A stretch of DNA of 64,000 nucleotides from a virus, in IMG/VR virus record IMGVR_UViG_3300017963_000033, positions 15,320-79,319 of that record; one strand, given 5' to 3'. The notes beneath the pieces were generated by a model. The model searched no databases, had not been told where the DNA came from, and worked only from the letters and a program-made list of their open reading frames with translations. This document shows, piece by piece, positions 57,507-64,000 of this stretch; position 1 is the stretch's first letter, and every line of letters begins with the position of its first letter. The position numbers were made by a program, and so were the translations under genes.

Positions 57507-57884
57507 TCACCCAGAATCTGCGATGCGTTCAAGTTCTTCCTCCCATTTATCCTCAAAGACCATGACGATCCTCTGTCCCTTCGGTGCGTCGGGCCACAGG
57601 GTTGGGTGCCCCGAGGCCATGATCTCCCCCCCAGGCGCTCCCTCTGGCGCTAGTTTGTAGGCAAACTGAGACAGCACCAGCCGCTGCGTAGAGTTGATGA
57701 CCATCAGCGCCTCCCGGTGGTTCATGCGGAAGCGGGTGCAGAGGTCATTCAGGGTGGTATCCCCAGCCCCGATGACCTTTGCGTTCCTACGCTTAATATA
57801 GCCAGCAAACTCCCCAGCGTAGTATTCGCACAGGGAAGGCTGGACCTTCTTGGGCTGCTCGTAGAGGCGGCTACCGTGTGGCAT
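57507..57884 (-). CDS. hypothetical protein
   Basis: SD GGAG, coupled. Confidence 0.5.
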   Translation of the reverse strand: MPHGSRLYEQPKKVQPSLCEYYAGEFAGYIKRRNAKVIGAGDTTLNDLCTRFRMNHREALMVINSTQRLVLSQFAYKLAPEGAPGGEIMASGHPTLWPDAPKGQRIVMVFEDKWEEELERIADSG

Positions 57885-58083
57885 CCTTGTCTCCCGTAAG
57901 CCCGTGCGTCTCCAGGACCTCCCACAGCCAGCCTGTCTCCCGAAAGTGAACCAAATAGAGGGCCAGGATGGCCACCGAGACAATCTTGCTCTTGCTGCTG
58001 TAGATTTCCAGCAGTTCGTCCATCAGGCGCTGGGTGGCCTCGTCGGTGCGGACGGGGACGAATTTGTTGGTCATTTCCACCAT
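57871..58083 (-). CDS. RHH-like protein
   Basis: VPVRTDE..LMDEL..SKSKIVSVAI. Confidence 0.55.
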   Translation of the reverse strand: MVEMTNKFVPVRTDEATQRLMDELLEIYSSKSKIVSVAILALYLVHFRETGWLWEVLETHGLTGDKDATR

Positions 58084-58625
58084 ACCTCCACGGTCAAGAT
58101 GCCTGTCCAGTGGGAAACCTCATAGACAAAGCCTACCTCGTACTGGACGTTGGTGAACAGGTCAATCTCTGCCCGGTATCGGTGATCTGGGTCTGAATCC
58201 CCAGCCCTCAACTCCGCTTCCCGAATCGCCCGCCTGCGCTCACGCTCTCCAGACACATCTTCCCAGAGCCTGCGCAGAAACGCAAGCTCTCGCTCGGCTT
58301 GATCTTGGAGCCTGGTTGCTGCATAGTCATAGAGGGGTGTTCTATTGCATCCATGGTGACCTGCCATGGCAACAGGGCATTCCCCACATGATGTGTGGCG
58401 CATGTAAAACATGCAAAGGCCACAGGTCAGTCTGCCCCCGTCCATCACCCCTGGGTGGCTGGCCAGGAATTCCCACTTGGCGAATGTCAGGTCCCACGCC
58501 TCACCGGGGTATGAGGGCCTGGGACCCTCGTAGATCAGCACACGAGGATCATCCTGGGCAACAGGGTCGAGGATGCCCAACTCGGAACCTTTTACAATCT
58601 TGAAGCGCCCGATTGATTTTCGCAT
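58071..58625 (-). CDS. Cys-cluster hypothetical protein
   Basis: KWE, CGLC, CGECP, GC..TP. Confidence 0.55.
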   Translation of the reverse strand: MRKSIGRFKIVKGSELGILDPVAQDDPRVLIYEGPRPSYPGEAWDLTFAKWEFLASHPGVMDGGRLTCGLCMFYMRHTSCGECPVAMAGHHGCNRTPLYDYAATRLQDQAERELAFLRRLWEDVSGERERRRAIREAELRAGDSDPDHRYRAEIDLFTNVQYEVGFVYEVSHWTGILTVEVWWK

Positions 58626-58626
58626 C

Positions 58627-59187
58627 CTACCAGCAACCCCGTTCCCGCCGCCCCACCAGTTCCCTGATGGTGTCGCGCAGCAATCGCTCAAACTCATCCT
58701 CGGGCAGCAGGTTGTCTAGCGCCTCAAACAGGTAGGTGATGTAGCCACGTCGGGCAGTGGGGACTTCCCTGGCCAGGGCCTCAGCCAAGGCATCTGCTGC
58801 CTGGGGAGTGCCGGTCATGGTGTAGACCCTGCGGTGAGAGCGGTGAGATGGGTCAGTCCCTTCAAATAAGCCATATAGTGCGTAACCCCCCACAGCCTTT
58901 TGAATTGCATCCCGCTGCGCGATGATCAGGTGGGGGTTGTCCACGACAATCTCAAGTTCCTCGGGGCGTACCTTGCTGATGGAGTGTCTGTGTGACACAC
59001 CGCACTCAGGACAGTTAGCAGGACACGACCTGGTGGTTTGCAACTTGAGCCCACGATAGACGCCGACGACTTCAAATCTGGTCATAGCAGGCATGATGAT
59101 GCCACCGTTTGTTCTCAATTCTCTCTTATTGACGACTGTCAGCCCAACCCAGTCGCGCATCAGTTTCGGCCTTGCGTAATCCTCCAT
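58627..59187 (-). CDS. hypothetical protein
   Basis: SD GAGGAGG, downstream of a promoter. Confidence 0.6.
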   Translation of the reverse strand: MEDYARPKLMRDWVGLTVVNKRELRTNGGIIMPAMTRFEVVGVYRGLKLQTTRSCPANCPECGVSHRHSISKVRPEELEIVVDNPHLIIAQRDAIQKAVGGYALYGLFEGTDPSHRSHRRVYTMTGTPQAADALAEALAREVPTARRGYITYLFEALDNLLPEDEFERLLRDTIRELVGRRERGCW

Positions 59188-59220
59188 TGAACCTCCTCAT
59201 CGTGTTGTACTTACAATGAC

Positions 59221-59249
59221 AGTATAACACAATGTTGCCCGGTTGTCAA
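59221..59249 (-). promoter_or_regulatory. sigma70-type promoter
   Basis: TTGACA-17-TATACT. Confidence 0.8.
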
Positions 59250-59524
59250 TCCCCCAATTCCTCCCCATCGGAATGTTGTTTCCAGATTCCACAATCCGAA
59301 ACCAGAGCAGAAAGAATCCTCGACAGGGCTTCCGCCCCACGCCAGTAGGCCAGCAGGCGAAAGAGTTCCCCAGCAAAGTCATACCGAGGACCGAAGGCTT
59401 GTTGGAGGTCCAGGATGACCTCAGCCTGCCCATCATGTAGATCCAGCCCGTAGCGTTGGGCCTCTGCCTTGACGGCAGCCACGGCGGGATTGGTGACTCC
59501 CTCCTCCCCCTCAGCCATCGCCAT
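59246..59524 (-). CDS. hypothetical protein
   Basis: part of a coupled small-ORF chain. Confidence 0.45.
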   Translation of the reverse strand: MAMAEGEEGVTNPAVAAVKAEAQRYGLDLHDGQAEVILDLQQAFGPRYDFAGELFRLLAYWRGAEALSRILSALVSDCGIWKQHSDGEELGD

Positions 59525-59753
59525 CTGTCACCCTAGAAACGATGTCCTGGATGGTTCTCCTGGCGACATTGATCTGGTTCAGCAGCATGGCATAGTGCCC
59601 GTACAGCCAGCATAGTTCAGGGTATTCTTCCAGGACCTCCAGCAGGTTCTCCATGTCCACTTTCAAGGCCATGCCCTGGTTTTCCAACCCCTGGGCGACA
59701 GCGTTCCAGTCCCTGGGCGATGTGCCATTAGGGAAGGTTGTTTTGTCAGTCAT
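59511..59753 (-). CDS. hypothetical protein
   Basis: part of a coupled small-ORF chain. Confidence 0.5.
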   Translation of the reverse strand: MTDKTTFPNGTSPRDWNAVAQGLENQGMALKVDMENLLEVLEEYPELCWLYGHYAMLLNQINVARRTIQDIVSRVTDGDG

Positions 59754-59937
59754 CCTCTTCCTCCTCGCTGCCTCCAAATACGATGTCGGGTTCTGGAGAC
59801 CCTTCAAATTCCAAGATTTTTCCATCTCCACCAGACAACGCACAGAGAATGGCATACGTCAGTTCTGGGAAAGGCGTCGTTTGGGCAAATTCCCAATAGG
59901 ATAGGACTTTGGGCTCTCGTGGATTTTGTTCAGCCAT
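59746..59937 (-). CDS. small acidic protein
   Basis: coupled ORF. Confidence 0.5.
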   Translation of the reverse strand: MAEQNPREPKVLSYWEFAQTTPFPELTYAILCALSGGDGKILEFEGSPEPDIVFGGSEEEEDD

Positions 59938-60280
59938 CAGCCCCCCCCATCAACTGCCGCACCACCGACTCACTGACCACCATCTCGGCCATCGCCTCGG
60001 CCTCCATGGCCATGCCCTCCCAGAGGAGGATCTGCTGCGGGGTCGCTTCCTTGTTCCCATTCTCCGACCGCCACGTCCGCGCCCGCAGCAGGAAGGTGGC
60101 CCGCAACCGCCCCAATACCTCCACCAGCCCTGCCTCATCCATCTTCCCCATTTCCTGCCGGTGCATCCTGTCCACGGCCAGCCGCACGATGTCGGTCAGC
60201 CGCCCAAAACCAGCCTCCGACAATGCCTCTACCTGCCGGTCGGTGGCCTCTGTCAGTTGTAGTGATGTCTGTCTCGGCAT
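59930..60280 (-). CDS. RHH-domain protein
   Basis: QTSLQLTE..QVEAL..LTDIVRLAVDRM. Confidence 0.6.
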   Translation of the reverse strand: MPRQTSLQLTEATDRQVEALSEAGFGRLTDIVRLAVDRMHRQEMGKMDEAGLVEVLGRLRATFLLRARTWRSENGNKEATPQQILLWEGMAMEAEAMAEMVVSESVVRQLMGGADG

Positions 60281-60487
60281 CTATGTTTCTCCCCCTGTCC
60301 TTTTTGCGTTGTCAGCACGTCTCTGACACGCCAAGCAATCACAGACAAATTGTCCATCTTCCTGCTGCATCGATCTTGCTACGTGCGCTATTTCCTCATC
60401 ACTTAGCACGGTAGGCCAAAGGTGAAAGTCTGTAATCTCGATGCCGCTCATCATTGGCCTATCACCCACCCTAAAATTATGACTCAT
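60281..60487 (-). CDS. small protein with a LamG C-terminal-like motif and CxC..C
   Basis: ITDFHLWPTVLSDEEIAHV. Confidence 0.5.
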   Translation of the reverse strand: MSHNFRVGDRPMMSGIEITDFHLWPTVLSDEEIAHVARSMQQEDGQFVCDCLACQRRADNAKRTGGET

Positions 60488-61224
60488 CGCCCCTTCCCAT
60501 TCACCATCCGATAGGTCAAGCCCGACAACGAGGCCCCGCACCCATCACATACCAGCCCCTGGGGGACGTGCTTCCCGCAATACACACACTCCCGGTCAAT
60601 CTTGACCAATTCCGACCACGGCATCTGCTCCCCCCCACAGGTCGGGCACGGCACGTCCTCCCCCTCCACGAGGAACCCACACCATTCACACAACCATCCC
60701 CCCTGGAGCCGATACCCGTGCTGCATGGTGTTCAATCGCCCACTGGCCAACAATGGCTCGATGTGCCGCTCGGGATCAAGGTCGCCGCGCAAAGACATCT
60801 CAACGTACCAGATCGCAGGCTCCTCATCACCCAGTAGCCCCCCTCGCCGGTCAAGTTCAATGACAAACCCATCAGGCCACTGCACCGGCTTGAGGAAGGG
60901 CACGGTCTCTATCTGCCCCGCGCAAGCAAAACACGACAACCGCCCAGAGGGATTGTACTGCCCGCAATACGCACATACCCTCCCCGGCCCGAGGGTGGTG
61001 AGGCTAAACCTGCACCCCGAGGTCACCATGCGATGGAAGGGCTCCAAGTATGCCCGCTCATGGTCATAGGCCATGATATGGAACGAAACAGCAATCTCCC
61101 GGCGCTCAGGCATGTAGGGCTTTTGGGGCGCAAGGTGGATCAGATCATAGCTGTATGGCGCACTCATCGCCAGGTTGCCCAAGGGAATGCCGTCTAAGGT
61201 GAAGATGTTTGACCTTGCTCTCAT
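60484..61224 (-). CDS. multi Zn-ribbon protein
   Basis: CAYCG..CFAC, CEWCG..CPTC, CVYCG..CDGC. Confidence 0.65.
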   Translation of the reverse strand: MRARSNIFTLDGIPLGNLAMSAPYSYDLIHLAPQKPYMPERREIAVSFHIMAYDHERAYLEPFHRMVTSGCRFSLTTLGPGRVCAYCGQYNPSGRLSCFACAGQIETVPFLKPVQWPDGFVIELDRRGGLLGDEEPAIWYVEMSLRGDLDPERHIEPLLASGRLNTMQHGYRLQGGWLCEWCGFLVEGEDVPCPTCGGEQMPWSELVKIDRECVYCGKHVPQGLVCDGCGASLSGLTYRMVNGKGR

Positions 61225-61271
61225 TGGCGCTGCCTGTCCAAGGCGACCTGCTCGGCGTGTTCGGTCATTGG

Positions 61272-61472
61272 CTAATACCCCCGGTAAATTCCGCAAATCC
61301 CCAGGCCGATGCTGATGTATGGTCCGCGCCCCTCGTGCCAGATAGGCGTCCACCAATGCGCCCAGAATCCCCAATGACACCGCTTAAAGTTGAACGTCCA
61401 CCACGGCCTGGGTTCGGCGTAGGGCAGGCGGATGGCCAGGATACCACGGCAAACACTACCCATATCTCTCAT
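61272..61472 (-). CDS. Trp-rich hypothetical protein
   Basis: ATGA overlap. Confidence 0.45.
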   Translation of the reverse strand: MRDMGSVCRGILAIRLPYAEPRPWWTFNFKRCHWGFWAHWWTPIWHEGRGPYISIGLGICGIYRGY

Positions 61473-61930
61473 GCCTGCGGCGTCTCCTGTTCTGGCCCCA
61501 CGCGCAGCAGATTGGCACGCTTGCGCGCCCGTCTGACAATGCGCTCCGCAAACGGGCACCAAACAAAGCGCCAAAAGTTATACAGGTCGTCCCAATCCTC
61601 GACGGTCAATGGCTCGTCGATCAGGCAACGGTGCATAGGGCGACCAGGGACGGCTTCGAGCATCCAAGATTCGGGGTCAGTCATCCCGTCGTCTCCTCTT
61701 GGCGCACGGCCACCGGCTCCACCACCCTCAGCCGCATCGTGCCCGTTGCCAGTCAAGTCGCGCAACAGGCTGTCCGCAAACAACGCCGCCCCCCTCGGGC
61801 AATAGGCAACCCAGGGTTCCCACCCCGGCCCAAGATCAAGCGCCGTTGCACCATCGAAAACCCACCCCTCCACACTGTTCCTTTCTGGCGGCTTCGGTTG
61901 CGCCGGTCGAGTAATACCATCATCGCTCAT
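61469..61930 (-). CDS. early protein carrying permuted fragments of the LamG virion protein (possible internal start at 61684)
   Basis: WVAYCPRGAA..DLTGNGHDAA vs WAAYKPKGAA..DLSGNGNHAA in 45566-46276. Confidence 0.65.
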   Translation of the reverse strand: MSDDGITRPAQPKPPERNSVEGWVFDGATALDLGPGWEPWVAYCPRGAALFADSLLRDLTGNGHDAAEGGGAGGRAPRGDDGMTDPESWMLEAVPGRPMHRCLIDEPLTVEDWDDLYNFWRFVWCPFAERIVRRARKRANLLRVGPEQETPQA

Positions 61931-61963
61931 TGCCCTACCTCCTCCATTCTGTTGCATAAGCCC

Positions 61964-61992
61964 ATTATACACGAAAACCGTATGGATGTCAA
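61964..61992 (-). promoter_or_regulatory. consensus sigma70 promoter heading the leftward arm
   Basis: TTGACA-17-TATAAT. Confidence 0.85.
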
Positions 61993-62361
61993 GGGCGAGT
62001 TCCCAACCCCCGCCCCACCCCACCGACTACAGAACACGGTGATGGGGAGTGGGAGACGGTGGGAAGGGGTGGGGGAGGGAGAAACGTGGGTAGACATAAT
62101 GTAGCGAGTTTTCACCCCTCCTCGGGTCTGGAGGGTGCCGCCACATGCCCGCCCGCCCGAATATTTTTTCGCGTTGGGTTGTCTGGCCGATGCCATAGAA
62201 CTATAAAGAAACAGAATGATACCACGTTATATCATGCCATGCCCTATGCTCAGACACCCCTACCATAGCACTAGCACAACATTATATAGCAACTTGACAT
62301 AGTTATACTTGTGCTAATACCTACTAGCACAAGTATACTACTATACATAAAGCTATGGGCA

Positions 62362-62797
62362 GCCGATGCCCCGATGCGATGCGATGCGATGCTGCCCGAT
62401 GCGGGGAGAGTGCGATACCCTATGTAGCTATAACTTTTGGTTATAGCTACCATTCCATTTGGTTATACTTTCCGATGCCTGCCCGATGCCCTACCCTACC
62501 TTGCCCGATGCCCTATTCTATGATGCCCGATGCCTGACTTATGGACGCCTGCCCGATGCCCGATCTATTCTACCCTACCCTACCATATGCCCTACCCCAA
62601 AGCAGATCCACGTCTAGGCCACCGATGCCCGATGCCCTATTCTATGGAGCTCTTGACCAGTTGCCCGATGCCTGGCCGCCGATGCCTGGCCGCCGATGCG
62701 ATGCCCGATGCCCGATGCCCGATGCCAGTATACATGGTACTGGATAGGCCATAGTCTAGCCAGGATGCCTGCCCGATGCGATGCCCGATGCCATGCC
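62362..62797 (+). repeat. polarised (GCC)CGATGC repeat array
   Basis: about 23 CGATGC by hand count, all on one strand, interspersed with CCCTA repeats. Confidence 0.9.
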
Positions 62798-62933
62798 AGT
62801 ATAGAATACCCTGCCAGGGTATAGTATACTGACCAAGCAAGCCACAAAAGAACAGACGTTCTAGTCACGAAAACTCGCAAACATTCTATCGATTTTTTAT
62901 CGTTTTCGGTATGTACGAACAACAGTTCGAAGA

Positions 62934-62962
62934 TTGACTTTTCGCTCCACGTGTGATACAAT
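62934..62962 (+). promoter_or_regulatory. sigma70-type promoter
   Basis: TTGACT-17-TACAAT with extended TG. Confidence 0.7.
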
Positions 62963-63577
62963 GTGGCCAGACAGTTGGATAGCACACTAACACCTGATAC
63001 ACACAACGACCTGATACCACTAGACTACACACCGCCAATTGTCCCACAAGGTCCCAGGCTGCTGGGGACAAGCTAACATGATTCTGGGGTGGCGGACGGG
63101 CCACAAGCGGACGGGCGATTTCCCGATTGTAGGCAACATTTTACCAACAGGATAGGCCAAAGTAGGGGATTCCCTATATCACGATCTAGGGAATTGAGAC
63201 AAGAAATCTGAAAAGGCCATCTAATACAATGCCCGAAAACGCTTATCGGCGAGTAGACACAACACAGGATGCCATCCTTTACAATGGAGTAGGGATTGGC
63301 GAGTGTCCAAACCATAGGCCAGAACTAGGGCCGATGCGACTATGTGTGCGACATAGGAGCGGGAGAAATGACAATAGAATAAATCAGCGGACCTATCCCA
63401 TATACTAGGGCGTGGCAGTGTATCAGCCGATGATACCCCACTATATAGGATAGACTACAATCGAATATAGGAACGCGGGCGCTAGTCTAGCGCCCAACAT
63501 AGAACGCAAGCCACAAGCTTGTGTCCTATGTTGGGGATTAGACACAGAACACAAAGCAAAAGAAAGGATGGTATACA

Positions 63578-63900
63578 ATGGACCTGGCAATGTTGGATGT
63601 AAAATTTGAGACCATACCCAACTGGACGATAGTTTTGTACCCGACCCAATTGGCTATTTTATCGTTCGGGTTGTGAAGGGAAAAGGCATCCGGGCAGAGC
63701 ACTATACAAGCGATGACTTGCCAACGTTGGTACTGACTTGCGGGCAGGATATCCCCTTATCCTCGCAAGGGGAAGCACTCCGCAAAGAAATCAGGGCAAG
63801 ATTCCCCAATATTATGGCCGATCACTTTGCCTATATTGCCATGGAATTGGGCAAGGCGCAGATGGCCCTAGACTGGGAATTGCCATATACGCAAGGATAG
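63578..63900 (+). pseudogene. DUF4346-like gene, apparently frameshifted near the 5' end
   Basis: DPIGYFIV..IRAEHY..HFAYIAMELGKAQMAL..Y.Q lies in a frame closed by TGA at 63607; the SD-linked ATG at 63578 is in another frame. Confidence 0.55.
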
Positions 63901-64000
63901 AACGGAAAACGGAAAACGGGACAAAGTGGGGAAAACCGGGACAAACGGTCCCAAACACAAGAAAGGATGGTATAAAATGGACGCAAGGATTGACGATCTG

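Larger units (their letters stand above)
1..64000. mobile_element. Tailed phage/prophage genome segment (siphovirus-like)
   Basis: TerL, portal, capsid, tail tube, tape measure, Dit and replication genes in phage-like order; no host housekeeping genes. Confidence 0.95.

Noticed and set aside
62362-62797. CRISPR array, or coding ORFs, in the CGATGC region
   Set aside because: Units are 5-9 bp with no unique spacers; the ORFs there are repeat translations without an SD

Overview
The window is most of a tailed dsDNA phage or prophage genome (siphovirus-type). The host is probably Chloroflexota; this is inferred from one lineage-typical protein. No integrase or clear genome end is visible. The plus-strand arm (1-18.1 kb) carries recombination and replication genes, a c4-like antisense RNA cassette, a TGT/DpdA-like + VUT transporter pair, an atypical tRNA-like gene, and an operon of membrane proteins around an FtsK-type ATPase. 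The minus-strand arm (62.0 down to 18.2 kb) carries small early genes, a second TGT/DpdA-like + VUT pair, and a C5-methyltransferase split over two overlapping frames. It continues with terminase, a portal-MuF fusion, head appendage genes, protease/scaffold and major capsid. Next comes a ~9 kb sugar-building locus (ColC/ColD-like enzymes, O-methyl-, sulfo-, phospho- and glycosyltransferases) gated by a candidate anti-SD RNA switch, and then the tail module. 62.0-63.5 kb is a non-coding divergence region with a polarised CCCGATG array and a structured transcript. The best candidates for novel systems are the capsid-embedded glycan locus with its RNA switch, the FtsK/membrane module with a clt-like repeat array, early-region stand-alone copies of the phage's own virion domains, and the duplicated deazaguanine-type modules. 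All family calls come from motif recognition by eye; no searches were run.
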